This document shows positions 1 through 9,242 of a stretch of DNA of 46,937 bases, piece by piece. The translations under genes and the position numbers were made by a program. Where the stretch lies: the NCBI GenBank assembly GCA_007119095.1, contig SKQI01000010.1, positions 1-46,937 on the forward strand, in the 5' to 3' direction. Positions within the stretch are counted from its first letter, which is position 1. Each line of letters opens with the position of its first letter. The notes under the pieces are model-generated. The model saw only the letters and a program-made list of their open reading frames with translations. It was not told the DNA's origin and did not search any database. This DNA comes from Wenzhouxiangella sp. GTDB taxonomy: Bacteria > Pseudomonadota > Gammaproteobacteria > Xanthomonadales > Wenzhouxiangellaceae.

Positions 1-1
1 A

Positions 2-838
2 AATCACGCCCGGCGCAATGCCATAGCTGCCGTCGGACGGAACGGCCATGGAGACCCAGTCATCGCCGTCGGTGCCCAGGGCCCAGTCGCGGATATGGTC
101 GATGGCGGCTGAGGCTGCCGAGGCTGCGCTGGAAGCACCGCGCGCCTTGATAATGGCCGCGCCTCGCTGCTGCACGGTGGGAATGAAATCCTCGGAGTAC
201 CAAGTGCTGTCCAGGCCGTCCAGGGCCGGCTTGCCGTCGACCAGGCAGTGGTGCAGGTCGGGATACTGGGTTGATGAATGGTTGCCCCAGATGGTCATTT
301 TCTTGATCCGGGTGTGATGGGCGCCACGCTTGCCGGCGAGCTGGGCCAGCGCGCGGTTGTGATCCAGGCGGGTCATCGCAGTGAAGTTCTCAGGCGGCAG
401 GTCGGGCGCGTTGGCCTGGGCGATCAGGGCGTTGGTGTTGGCCGGGTTGCCCACCACCAGAACCTTGACATCGCGGCTGGCGACGGCGTTCAGCGCCTTG
501 CCTTGCGGGCCAAAGATCTTGCCGTTTTCGCTCAGCAGATCGGCACGCTCCATGCCAGGTCCGCGCGGTTTGGCGCCGACCAGGATGGCGTAATCGGCAT
601 TTTTGAAGCCTTCTTCCAGATCAGCGGTCGCGACCACGCCATGCAACAGCGGGAATGCGGCATCGTCAAGCTCCATCACAACGCCCTTGAGCGTGTCCAG
701 TGCGGGCGGGATTTCCAGCAGTTGGAGGATGATTGGCTGGTTCGGGCCAAGCAGGTCGCCAGATGCGATGCGAAAGCAGAGCTGGTAGCCGATCTGGCCG
801 GCAGCGCCGGTGATGGCCACGCGGACGGGTGCATTCAT
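2..838 (-). CDS. mdh: malate dehydrogenase (MDH type 2), 3' end truncated by window edge
   Basis: Not in ORF track (runs off edge). Manual translation from ATG 838: [20 protein letters not shown]...[16 protein letters not shown]...VVGNPANTN...MTRLDHNRA...[12 protein letters not shown]; GGAG SD upstream. Confidence 0.95.
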   Translation of the reverse strand, partial: MNAPVRVAITGAAGQIGYQLCFRIASGDLLGPNQPIILQLLEIPPALDTLKGVVMELDDAAFPLLHGVVATADLEEGFKNADYAILVGAKPRGPGMERADLLSENGKIFGPQGKALNAVASRDVKVLVVGNPANTNALIAQANAPDLPPENFTAMTRLDHNRALAQLAGKRGAHHTRIKKMTIWGNHSSTQYPDLHHCLVDGKPALDGLDSTWYSEDFIPTVQQRGAAIIKARGASSAASAASAAIDHIRDWALGTDGDDWVSMAVPSDGSYGIAPGVI

Positions 839-986
839 TTGAGGTTCTCCCAAAATGTGATTAAGTCAACCCGTGATTTTACCGCTTTTGCCCGTCATGC
901 TGGTCACCCCGGCGTCAACCTGATGCTTGCGTGCGGCCTCCTGAGCCCCCAGATTTCCGCTCACCGTTCGTCAATATGTATTTTTC

Positions 987-1421
987 ATGACGCAAGTTCA
1001 TCGCTCCGCACTCGTTAGCTACTCGCCTCGACAGATGTTCGAGCTGGTGCGAGACGTGCCGCGCTATCCCGAGTTCCTGAATTGGGTGCAGACGGCGATC
1101 GTGCATGAAGAGGACGAGAACCATCAAGTGGCTACCTTGCAGGTCAGGATTGCCGGGATGACCCGGCGCTTCACCACCGAAAATAAACTGGTTCCGGGGC
1201 AGCGACTGGAAATGGGGCTGCGGGCCGGGCCTTTCGAAAATCTGACCGGCGCCTGGCAGTTTGAGCCGCTAGGGCAGTTAGGTGCCAAGGTCAGCCTTGA
1301 TCTGAGTTTTTCGCTGGGCCGCTCTGCGCTGATGGTGCCGTTTCGGCGCGGGTTCAGCCGAATGGCGGATCGAATGGTCGATGATTTCTGTCGCCGAGCC
1401 GAACAGCTTCATGGCCGATAA
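987..1421 (+). CDS. ratA: RatA/PasT (Coq10-like START-domain protein)
   Basis: VHRSALVSYSPRQMFELVRDVPRYPEFL, GPFENLTGAWQF, MVDDFCRRAEQL; overlaps rnfH. Confidence 0.9.
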   Translation: MTQVHRSALVSYSPRQMFELVRDVPRYPEFLNWVQTAIVHEEDENHQVATLQVRIAGMTRRFTTENKLVPGQRLEMGLRAGPFENLTGAWQFEPLGQLGAKVSLDLSFSLGRSALMVPFRRGFSRMADRMVDDFCRRAEQLHGR

Positions 1422-1701
1422 ACTGAATATCGAAGTGGTTGCGGGCGATGCCAAGCGCCAGGTTTTCAAGCGCCTGACCGTCTCCCAGGGAACGACGGTT
1501 CGCGAAGCGCTGCTCATCGCTGACCTTGAGGCGCAATTTCCGAATCTTGTCGTCGACCCGGATCGGCTGGGTATTTTTGGCCGCCTTGTTGACCCTGATC
1601 AGCCCTTGTTGGACGGTGATCGATTAGAGGTCTACCGCCCGCTCAAGGCGGACCCCAAAGAGATCAGGCGTCACCTGGCCGAGCTGGCCAGGAAAAGTTA
1701 A
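1411..1701 (+). CDS. rnfH: RnfH/RatB/PasI ubiquitin-like protein
   Basis: ATG 1411; GIFGR...LLDGDRLEVYRPLKADPKEIRR motif; follows ratA. Confidence 0.9.
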   Translation: MADKLNIEVVAGDAKRQVFKRLTVSQGTTVREALLIADLEAQFPNLVVDPDRLGIFGRLVDPDQPLLDGDRLEVYRPLKADPKEIRRHLAELARKS

Positions 1702-1705
1702 GCGA

Positions 1706-2107
1706 CTACTGTTCCCGCCGCAAGGTCTCAAGATCCTGGATTGGCTGATCATCTCTGCGCTGCAGGTCGCGCAATGCTTCGGCGGCTACCGAGTCCTGAT
1801 CCAGGAAGCTGCCGTCAACCGAGGCCAGGCGACTATCCTCGAAACGCAGGGTCAGGACGCGTTTGACTGCATTGGTTCCGCGTGGCGCATAGGTGTTGAC
1901 ATAGTCCCAGCGATCCTCATGGAAAGGGCTCTGTACTGACGGTGAACCGAGCAAGACCTGCACCTGGCGCTTGGTCATGCCGATCTCCAAGCGTGCGACA
2001 TCATCGTCGTCGAGGACGTTTCCTTGCTGGATATCTTGCTTGTAAACAATATTGCAGGCAGCCAGACTCAGCGCCAGGGCGACACACAGCGTTATCCGCT
2101 TGAGCAT
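1706..2107 (-). CDS. bamE: outer membrane protein assembly lipoprotein BamE
   Basis: Lipobox LAAC, then YKQDIQQGN, GMTKRQVQVLLGSP, RWDYV; divergent from fur; start set at MLKRITL. Confidence 0.92.
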   Translation of the reverse strand: MLKRITLCVALALSLAACNIVYKQDIQQGNVLDDDDVARLEIGMTKRQVQVLLGSPSVQSPFHEDRWDYVNTYAPRGTNAVKRVLTLRFEDSRLASVDGSFLDQDSVAAEALRDLQRRDDQPIQDLETLRREQ

Positions 2108-2140
2108 TAAAAGATCCGGGATTGGGTAAAACACACCCAA

Positions 2141-2153
2141 TGATACAATATCA
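2141..2153. promoter_or_regulatory. palindrome TGATAcaaTATCA in the bamE/fur divergent region; overlapping -10-like elements
   Basis: TGaTACAAT (extended -10-like, + strand) overlaps TATCAT on the - strand; perfect 5-bp arms. Confidence 0.4.
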
Positions 2154-2191
2154 AGCCGGTTTGCCGGTTAAACGAATGTTCAGGAGCAGCG

Positions 2192-2623
2192 ATGTCTGAA
2201 GAAACAACCGAGTTGCGCAAAGCGGGCCTCAAGGTCACCCATCCTCGCCTTCAGATTCTCAGATTGCTGGAACAGGCAGAACAAAAGCACATGACGGCAG
2301 ATCAGATTTATCGGGCGCTGAACGATCAAGGGGAAGACATTGGACTGGCGACGGTTTACCGAGTGTTGAGCCAGTTCGAGTCCGCGCAGCTGGTTCGCAA
2401 GCATATGTTCGATGATGGCAGTGCTCGTCCGGCACAGGCTTGCTACGAGCTTGATGAGGGCGAACACCATGACCACATGGTGTGCATGGAATCTGGTGAA
2501 GTCATCGAATTCTTCGACGAGGCCATTGAGCGTCGCCAGGAGGAAATCGCCGAAAAGCACGGCTATGAAATCGTCGATCACTCCCTGGTCATGTATGTTC
2601 GTCCGCTGAAACCCAGATCCTGA
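2192..2623 (+). CDS. fur: ferric uptake regulator
   Basis: LRKAGLKVTHPRLQIL, IGLATVYRVL, HHDHMVC; AGGAG SD. Confidence 0.95.
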   Translation: MSEETTELRKAGLKVTHPRLQILRLLEQAEQKHMTADQIYRALNDQGEDIGLATVYRVLSQFESAQLVRKHMFDDGSARPAQACYELDEGEHHDHMVCMESGEVIEFFDEAIERRQEEIAEKHGYEIVDHSLVMYVRPLKPRS

Positions 2624-2658
2624 TCAATAAGCCCCTGAAGGCATTGCCGCGTGGCCTA

Positions 2659-4323
2659 CTAGACGCCGTCGTCGTCCAGCAGTTCGCTGGCATGGTCCAG
2701 GCTGCGTCTGGAATCCGGGTTGCCCAGCATGCGAGCAATTTCGCGCTGGCGATCCGCCTGGTCGAGGCTGCTCGCGGTCAACTCGGTCCGTTTGTTCGCC
2801 AGTGCCTTGCGAACGCTGATTTGCTGGTCTGCACGGGCCGCAACCTGGGCCAGGTGGGTGACACAGAAGGCCTGGCCATGATTGGCCACCCGCTTCAAGA
2901 AGCGGCCGACGACGCCGGCTGTTTCGCCTCCAATGCCTGCGTCTACCTCGTCGAAGACGCGTACCTTGGGGTTGTCTTCCAGCGCCGCTGCCAGCATCAG
3001 TGCCAGGCTGACTCGCGATAATTCGCCGCCCGAAGCCACCCTGGCCAGCGGCTGTGGCGGCTGGCCGGGATTCGCACTGAGCAGGATTGTTATTCGATCT
3101 CGCCCGTGTGCTGAAGGCGCAGCATTCTCGTCGGGCTCGACCTCGATCTCGAGGCCGGCTCGGTCCATGCCAAGCTGTTTCAGGCTGCGGCTGATTTCCT
3201 GCGCCAGCGCGCTGGCAGCCCGCTGCCTGGCCTTTGTGAGGCGAACAGCAGCGGCTCGCCAATTCGCCTGGCTTTCCTGCAGTGCTTCGTCCAGGCGCTG
3301 ACGTTCCTGGTTGGCGCCCTCCACGCGGTCGAGCCGAGACCGAAAGGACTCGGCCAGCGCGGGCAGTGCATCAGGTGCTACGCGGTGCTTCCGGGCCAGG
3401 TCAAGCACTTTTTGCAAGCGGCGATTGACCTGGTCCAGGCGAGCCGGGTCTGCCTCCTCACTACCGTCGTGCCGTTCGAGCTCGGCTATCGCCTCGTCGA
3501 TATTGATCCGGGCCTCTTCAAGCATCGAGGCTGCAGATGCCAGGCCAGGGTCCAGAGAACGGACGTTGGCCATTGCCTGCAGGGCTTCGATCAGCATGGC
3601 TCTGATCGAGGGTTGGTCATCCTGATCAAGCAGAGCGCCGGCCCGGGTCATTGCCGCGCGTATCTCGTCGCTGCGGGCTAGACGCTCCTGTTCACGCTCA
3701 AGCTCGGCGAATTCGTCATTCCCGAGGCCCAGGTCTTCCAGCTCCTGGCATTGAAAGCGCAACAGGTCTGCCTGCGCAGGGTCGCCGCTTTCCGACTCCA
3801 GGGTTTTCAGTGCCTGTCCGGCAGTCTTCCAGGCGCTCCATGCGGAACGAACCTCGTCGAGTAGCTTCTTGTCGAGGTGATGGTCCAGCAGTTGACGCTG
3901 CCTGTCGGGCTGGTTGAGCTGTTGATGCTCGTGCTGGCCATGGATCTCCACCAGCATGGCACCAAGTTCCGCGAGTTGGCCGATGGTTGCAGGGCGTCCG
4001 TTGATCCACGCGCGAGAGGCACCCCGCCGGGACAACAGCCGACGGATCAACAACTCATCTCCTTCAATCATGGCCTGTTCAGACAGCCAGTCCCGGGCAT
4101 CCGCCTGTCGGCTCAGGTCAAAGCTGGCGCTCAGTTCAGCCTGGTCCTGACCGGCGGCTATCAGGCTGGAATCTGCCCGATCGCCCAGCAGAAGTCCCAT
4201 CGCGTCGATCAGGATGGACTTGCCAGCGCCGGTTTCGCCGGTAATGGCGGTGAAGCCCGGCTCAAAATCCAGCTCGAGTGCTTCGACGATGGCGAAATGG
4301 CGAATGGACAGGGATCTCAGCAT
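2659..4323 (-). CDS. recN: DNA repair protein RecN
   Basis: MLRSLSIRHFAIV start; Walker A GETGAGKS, EIHGQHEHQ, ASGGELSR, FDEVDAGIGG, VTHLAQVA. Confidence 0.95.
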   Translation of the reverse strand: MLRSLSIRHFAIVEALELDFEPGFTAITGETGAGKSILIDAMGLLLGDRADSSLIAAGQDQAELSASFDLSRQADARDWLSEQAMIEGDELLIRRLLSRRGASRAWINGRPATIGQLAELGAMLVEIHGQHEHQQLNQPDRQRQLLDHHLDKKLLDEVRSAWSAWKTAGQALKTLESESGDPAQADLLRFQCQELEDLGLGNDEFAELEREQERLARSDEIRAAMTRAGALLDQDDQPSIRAMLIEALQAMANVRSLDPGLASAASMLEEARINIDEAIAELERHDGSEEADPARLDQVNRRLQKVLDLARKHRVAPDALPALAESFRSRLDRVEGANQERQRLDEALQESQANWRAAAVRLTKARQRAASALAQEISRSLKQLGMDRAGLEIEVEPDENAAPSAHGRDRITILLSANPGQPPQPLARVASGGELSRVSLALMLAAALEDNPKVRVFDEVDAGIGGETAGVVGRFLKRVANHGQAFCVTHLAQVAARADQQISVRKALANKRTELTASSLDQADRQREIARMLGNPDSRRSLDHASELLDDDGV

Positions 4324-4455
4324 GATGGCGTGAGTTGATTTGGGCTTGTAAAGGCTGACCTGCTTGCCTGCTGTGAACGAGCATGGCATGCGTGCGAACA
4401 AGCGATGAGGCAATTCTACACGGGCTGAAGGCGACCCATGGCGATCATGACGCCG

Positions 4456-4484
4456 TTGTTTTTCAGTGGTTTCAACCCCACTTA
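4456..4484 (+). promoter_or_regulatory. sigma32-like promoter of grpE
   Basis: TTGttt-N14-CCCCACTTA; same spacing as the dnaK promoter but a weak -35. Confidence 0.55.
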
Positions 4485-4518
4485 ATCGCGCAGGTCAATA
4501 TTTCGCAACGGATGAGCC

Positions 4519-5094
4519 ATGAGCGAGCAGCAAGACAAGAAAAACGACGGCGCTGAGTCGGAAACAGAATTGCCGCGGCAGGATGGATTTGCGGCTGATG
4601 CCGGCGACGACCAGCATCTGGACGAGTCGCAAGGATCTGGACATTCAGCGGGGTCTGATTCCGGCGAGGACGAACTGGGGCGTTTGCGTGAAGCGCTGCT
4701 TCGGACCCGCGCCGAAATGGACAATCTGCAAAAGCGAGCCGAACGCGAAATCGAAAAATCACGGCGCTTTGCCGTCGACAGCCTCCTGCGTGACCTGATC
4801 CCGGTCATCGACAGTCTTGACCAGGGCTTGGAGAGCGCGGGAGAGGGCAGCAGTCTCAACGAGGGCTTGAGTCTGACCCGCCGACAACTGCTGAATGCGC
4901 TCACCCGGTTCGGGCTGGAAGAAGAAAATCCCACCGGGAAGCCGTTCGATCCGCAGTGGCACGAAGCCATGAGCATGCAGCCTTCCGATCAGCACGCGCC
5001 GGATACGGTAGTCGCGGTGTTGCAGAAAGGCTATCGATTGCACGATCGGCTACTGCGCCCGGCCCGCGTCATCGTCGCGCGCGCGATGGATTGA
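4519..5094 (+). CDS. grpE: nucleotide exchange factor GrpE
   Basis: LRTRAEMDNLQKR, FDPQWHEAM, VLQKGYRLHDRLLRPARVIV. Confidence 0.96.
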   Translation: MSEQQDKKNDGAESETELPRQDGFAADAGDDQHLDESQGSGHSAGSDSGEDELGRLREALLRTRAEMDNLQKRAEREIEKSRRFAVDSLLRDLIPVIDSLDQGLESAGEGSSLNEGLSLTRRQLLNALTRFGLEEENPTGKPFDPQWHEAMSMQPSDQHAPDTVVAVLQKGYRLHDRLLRPARVIVARAMD

Positions 5095-5102
5095 CCCAAG
5101 AT

Positions 5103-5130
5103 TTGAAAAGTGGCTGGTTTAGCCCCACTA
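5103..5130 (+). promoter_or_regulatory. sigma32 (RpoH) promoter of dnaK
   Basis: TTGAAA-N14-CCCCACTA matches the CTTGAAA-N13-15-CCCCATNT consensus. Confidence 0.75.
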
Positions 5131-5198
5131 AACGGCCATGAGCGTCGAGATTCACTCGATATGAAAAGATTGATTTCAAGCATAGGATCAAAATAGCC

Positions 5199-7127
5199 AT
5201 GAGCAAGATAATCGGCATTGACCTGGGAACCACAAATTCCTGCGTCGCAATCATGGAAGGCGGCAAGCCGAAAGTCATCGAAAACGCCGAAGGCGATCGA
5301 ACCACGCCTTCGACCGTAGCCTTTACCAAGGACGGCGAAGTGCTGGTTGGACAACCGGCCAAACGCCAGGCCGTCACCAACCCAGACCGTACCCTGTATG
5401 CGGTCAAGCGGCTGATTGGCCGCAAGTTCAGCGAAGACGTCGTGCAAAAGGACAAGGGCCTGGTGCCTTACCGGATCATCGAGGCCGACAATGGCGATGC
5501 CTGGGTAGAGGTGGATAGCAAGAAAATGGCGCCTCCCGAAATCTCCGCGCGCGTCTTGATGAAGATGAAGAAGACGGCCGAAGACTATCTCGGAGAAGAA
5601 GTCAGCGAAGCGGTAATCACCGTGCCGGCTTACTTCAATGACTCTCAGCGCCAGGCAACCAAGGATGCCGGCAAGATTGCCGGGCTGAACGTGCGCCGTA
5701 TCATCAACGAACCGACGGCCGCAGCCCTTGCCTACGGTCTGGACAAGAAGAGCGGCGATCGAAAAGTGGCCGTTTACGACCTGGGCGGCGGCACCTTCGA
5801 TATATCCATCATCGAGATCGCCGATGTTGATGGCGAGATCCAGTTCGAAGTGCTGGCCACCAACGGCGACACCTTCCTGGGCGGTGAGGATTTCGACAAA
5901 CGTCTGATCGACTACCTGGCCAACGAGTTCAAGAAAGAGCAGGGGGTCAATCTGCAAAATGACCCGCTGGCCTTGCAGCGGCTGCGCGAAGCGGCTGAGC
6001 GGGCCAAGATCGAACTGTCTTCATCGCAGCAGACCGAGGTCAATCTGCCATACATTACCGCCGATGCGTCAGGGCCCAAGCACCTGAATATCAAGGTCAC
6101 TCGTTCGAAGCTGGAATCGCTGGTCGAGGATCTGGTCAAGCGCTCCATAGAACCTTGCCGCACCGCGCTCAATGACTCCGGGCTGAAGGTTTCCGAGGTC
6201 GATGAGGTCATTCTGGTTGGCGGCCAGACCCGGATGCCGGCGGTACAAAAGGCGGTTGCCGATTTCTTTGGCAAGGAACCCCGAAAGGACGTCAATCCCG
6301 ACGAAGCGGTCGCCGTTGGCGCGGCAGTGCAGGGTGGTGTGCTTTCTGGCGATGTGAAAGATGTGCTGCTGCTGGACGTAACGCCCTTGTCGCTGGGTAT
6401 TGAAACGCTGGGCGGCGTGTTCACCAAGGTGATCGAGAAGAACACGACCATCCCGACCAAGGCCTCGCAGGTATTCTCGACGGCCGAAGACAATCAGAGC
6501 GCGGTGACCGTGCATGTACTGCAGGGGGAGCGTGAACAGGCCGCGGCCAACAAGTCGCTGGCCCGTTTCGATTTGACCGGGATTCCCGCAGCGCCGCGTG
6601 GCATGCCCCAGATCGAGGTCACGTTTGATATTGATGCGAACGGTATCTTGCACGTCTCTGCCAAAGACAAGGCAACCGGTCGAGAACAGCGGATCGAGAT
6701 CAAGGCAGGCTCGGGTCTGAGCGAAGACGAGATCGAAAACATGGTGCGTGATGCTGAAGCGCACCGCGAGGAGGACAAGCGCTTCAGCGAGCTGGTCACG
6801 GCCAGAAACCAGGCTGATGGGGTTGCCCACGCAACTCGAACTAGCCTGAACGAGCACGCTGAAGATATTGAAGATGCTGTCAAGCAGCGTATCGAAGATG
6901 CGTTGGCCAAGGTCGATGAAGCGATCAAGGGCGACAGCAAGGAGGCCATCGATACGGCGGTCAACGATCTGCAGCAAGCTGGTGCCGAGCTTTATCAGAA
7001 GGCAGCAGAGAAAGCCCAGGCTGAAGCCGGTGCGGAGTCTGGCAGTGCTGAACAGCCTGCTGGAGAAGCCGCTGCCGATGATGTCGTCGACGCTGAGTTC
7101 ACCGAGGTCGACGACGACAAGAAGTAA
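5199..7127 (+). CDS. dnaK: chaperone DnaK (Hsp70)
   Basis: [38 protein letters not shown]-terminal [11 protein letters not shown]. Confidence 0.99.
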   Translation: MSKIIGIDLGTTNSCVAIMEGGKPKVIENAEGDRTTPSTVAFTKDGEVLVGQPAKRQAVTNPDRTLYAVKRLIGRKFSEDVVQKDKGLVPYRIIEADNGDAWVEVDSKKMAPPEISARVLMKMKKTAEDYLGEEVSEAVITVPAYFNDSQRQATKDAGKIAGLNVRRIINEPTAAALAYGLDKKSGDRKVAVYDLGGGTFDISIIEIADVDGEIQFEVLATNGDTFLGGEDFDKRLIDYLANEFKKEQGVNLQNDPLALQRLREAAERAKIELSSSQQTEVNLPYITADASGPKHLNIKVTRSKLESLVEDLVKRSIEPCRTALNDSGLKVSEVDEVILVGGQTRMPAVQKAVADFFGKEPRKDVNPDEAVAVGAAVQGGVLSGDVKDVLLLDVTPLSLGIETLGGVFTKVIEKNTTIPTKASQVFSTAEDNQSAVTVHVLQGEREQAAANKSLARFDLTGIPAAPRGMPQIEVTFDIDANGILHVSAKDKATGREQRIEIKAGSGLSEDEIENMVRDAEAHREEDKRFSELVTARNQADGVAHATRTSLNEHAEDIEDAVKQRIEDALAKVDEAIKGDSKEAIDTAVNDLQQAGAELYQKAAEKAQAEAGAESGSAEQPAGEAAADDVVDAEFTEVDDDKK

Positions 7128-7158
7128 TGCGCTGTTTGCGGTGTTGAATGCGAAGCTT

Positions 7159-7184
7159 CCCGGTCGGCCCTGGTGCCGACCGGG
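7159..7184 (+). terminator. stem-loop between dnaK and dnaJ (stabiliser or partial terminator)
   Basis: CCCGGTCGGC-N6-GCCGACCGGG perfect 10-bp stem; only a short T tail. Confidence 0.55.
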
Positions 7185-7249
7185 TTAGCCGTATTGAAGC
7201 CGTGTCAATCCTGCCTCCTTTCTGCTAAACGAATATCACTTGAATCCTT

Positions 7250-8371
7250 ATGGCGACTGACTACTACGAAGTGCTTGGTGTGTCGCGCAGCGCCACCCCC
7301 GACGAGCTGAAGAAGGCCTATCGCCGGCTGGCACGGAAGTATCATCCGGATGTGAGTCAGGAGCCGGATGCTGAAGACCGCTTCAAGGAAGTCCAGAAGG
7401 CCTACGAAGTGCTCAAGGACGACAAGAAGCGTGCTGCCTATGATCGCTTCGGTCCCGACGCGGTCAATGGCATGGGGGGTGGTGCCGGCCAGGGAGCCGG
7501 CTTCGGCGATATCAACGATATTTTCGGCGATATTTTCGGCGATATTTTCGGCGGCGGTCGGCGGCGCCAGAGCCAACGCTCGCGTCGTGGGCAGGACTTG
7601 CGATATGAGCTTGAGCTTGACCTCGAAGAGGCAGTCAGCGGCGCCGACAAGGAAATCCGAATTCCTACTGTCGGACGCTGCACAACCTGCGACGGCAGCG
7701 GCTCCAAAAGCGGCAAACTCGAAGTTTGTTCCACTTGCGGAGGCCAGGGTCAGGTAAGAATGCAGCAGGGGATATTCTCTGTGCAGCAAACGTGCCCCAG
7801 CTGCGGCGGCAGTGGCAAGGTCATCAAGGATCCCTGCGACGCTTGTCATGGCAGTGGCCAGGTGCGCGAAACCCGAACGCTCCAGGTCAAGATACCGGCC
7901 GGCGTGGATGAGGGCGATCGTATTCGTTTGAGTGGTGAGGGTGCGGCCGGGGCCCAGGGTGGTCACGCAGGTGACTTGTATGTGGATATCCATGTTCGCC
8001 CACACCCCTTGTTTCAGCGCCAGGGAGATGATCTGTACTGCGAAGTCCCGATCCCGATCACGACTGCGGCCCTGGGGGGGCAGCTCAAGGTGCCCACGCT
8101 GGAAAGCTCTGTCATGCTGAAGATTCCGACCGAAACGCAGTCAGGCAAGCTCTTTCGCCTTCGTGGCAAGGGCGTGCAGTCGGTGCGCAGTCGCAGTGCT
8201 GGCGATCTGTTGTGCCGGGTGATCGTCGAAACCCCGGTCAACCTGACCCGTGATCAAAAGGATTTGTTACGCCGCTTTCAGGAGTCTTTCGGCGAAGGCA
8301 GTGATCACAATCCGCAGTCGTCTGGATGGACCGACAAAGTCAGAAGTTTTTTTGATCGCATGGGTTTGTAG
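7250..8371 (+). CDS. dnaJ: chaperone DnaJ
   Basis: J domain with HPD, G/F region with DIF repeats, four CxxCxGxG motifs. Confidence 0.98.
   Translation: MATDYYEVLGVSRSATPDELKKAYRRLARKYHPDVSQEPDAEDRFKEVQKAYEVLKDDKKRAAYDRFGPDAVNGMGGGAGQGAGFGDINDIFGDIFGDIFGGGRRRQSQRSRRGQDLRYELELDLEEAVSGADKEIRIPTVGRCTTCDGSGSKSGKLEVCSTCGGQGQVRMQQGIFSVQQTCPSCGGSGKVIKDPCDACHGSGQVRETRTLQVKIPAGVDEGDRIRLSGEGAAGAQGGHAGDLYVDIHVRPHPLFQRQGDDLYCEVPIPITTAALGGQLKVPTLESSVMLKIPTETQSGKLFRLRGKGVQSVRSRSAGDLLCRVIVETPVNLTRDQKDLLRRFQESFGEGSDHNPQSSGWTDKVRSFFDRMGL
7517..7552 (+). repeat. perfect 3 x 12-bp tandem repeat (GATATTTTCGGC) encoding DIFG x3 in dnaJ
   Basis: Three identical units at 7517, 7529 and 7541. Confidence 0.9.
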
Positions 8372-8409
8372 CTGGCGCAAGGCGAACTTTATCGGCTATC
8401 CTTTGGCCC

Positions 8410-9150
8410 ATGAGTCTGGGTATTTTGGTTAGTGGAGCCAGTGGCACGGTCGGTCAATCCCTGATCGACGTGGTCGCTGAAGACAAGCGCTTCGCCATTC
8501 TCGGCACGGCCTCCAGCGAGCGCTTCTTTGAGCCGGATCTGGGCGCAGACGCAGTCATTGATTTTTCTCATCCCCGCTTGCTGGAGCGCACCCTCGGCTA
8601 TGCCTTGCGCCACCGCTTGCCTCTGGTCACTGGGACGACCGGGCTGGATGGACCGCTCGAAGAGCAGCTGCTCGAGGCGGCGCGCACCATCCCCATTTGT
8701 CACGCCGCGAACTTCAGCGTTGGTATCAACCTGATGATGCGCCTGGTGGCAGAGTCAGCGCGAGTGCTCGACGAGGATTTTGACGTCGAACTCAGCGAAA
8801 TTCACCATCGCCGCAAGATCGACGCGCCATCCGGCACGGCGCTGGCGTTGGCCCGGGCCCTGGTCGGTGCGCGAGGGCTGGTGATGGGGGAGGCGCTGGT
8901 TCATGATCGGAGCCACCACAGGATTCCGCGCAGTCGCGGTGAGATTGGCGTGGGGGTGCTCCGCGGAGGTGATGTGGCGGGAGAGCACACGGTGTATTTC
9001 CTTGGGGCAGGTGAGCGTCTCGAGATTACCCATCGGGCAACAGACCGCCGGATTTTCGCCCGCGGTGCCTTGATGGCCGCACTCCGTCTTCAGGACCGGC
9101 CGGCTGGCATGGTTGAGTTTTCCGACCTGATTCTTGGCAAGATTGCCTGA
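8410..9150 (+). CDS. dapB: 4-hydroxy-tetrahydrodipicolinate reductase
   Basis: VSGASGTVG, IDFS, VTGTTG, EIHHRRKIDAPSGTA, RGGDVAGEH, FARGAL. Confidence 0.93.
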   Translation: MSLGILVSGASGTVGQSLIDVVAEDKRFAILGTASSERFFEPDLGADAVIDFSHPRLLERTLGYALRHRLPLVTGTTGLDGPLEEQLLEAARTIPICHAANFSVGINLMMRLVAESARVLDEDFDVELSEIHHRRKIDAPSGTALALARALVGARGLVMGEALVHDRSHHRIPRSRGEIGVGVLRGGDVAGEHTVYFLGAGERLEITHRATDRRIFARGALMAALRLQDRPAGMVEFSDLILGKIA

Positions 9151-9196
9151 ACAGCTCGGGTAGTACGTTTTCGGGTTGACATTGCTGGCAGTCTGC

Positions 9197-9226
9197 CGGT
9201 GGTCCTCCCGGAGGGAGGCGCCACCG
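9197..9226. terminator. GC-rich hairpin between convergent dapB and rne
   Basis: CGGTGG-t-CCTCCC-gga-GGGAGG-cg-CCACCG. Confidence 0.5.
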
Positions 9227-9242
9227 TACAAGGCCTTTTCAA

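Noticed and set aside
48-1018. Plus-strand ORFs 48-317 and 278-1018
   Set aside because: Antisense shadows of mdh, which the track omitted because it runs off the window
987-1701. ratA-rnfH, and likewise sdhE-ygfX, as toxin-antitoxin systems
   Set aside because: Legacy annotations; RatA/PasT is a Coq10-like respiratory factor and SdhE is an FAD assembly factor
4324-4440. LexA box upstream of recN
   Set aside because: No CTGT-N8-ACAG match found by eye
5031-6977. Long antisense ORFs opposite dnaK (308 and 302 aa)
   Set aside because: Well-known shadow frames of hsp70 genes, often mis-annotated as NAD-specific glutamate dehydrogenase; interrupted here and fully explained by dnaK codon bias
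7517-7552. Perfect 12-bp tandem repeat in dnaJ as a contingency locus
   Set aside because: Encodes the conserved DIF motifs of the DnaJ G/F region; in-frame unit, ordinary
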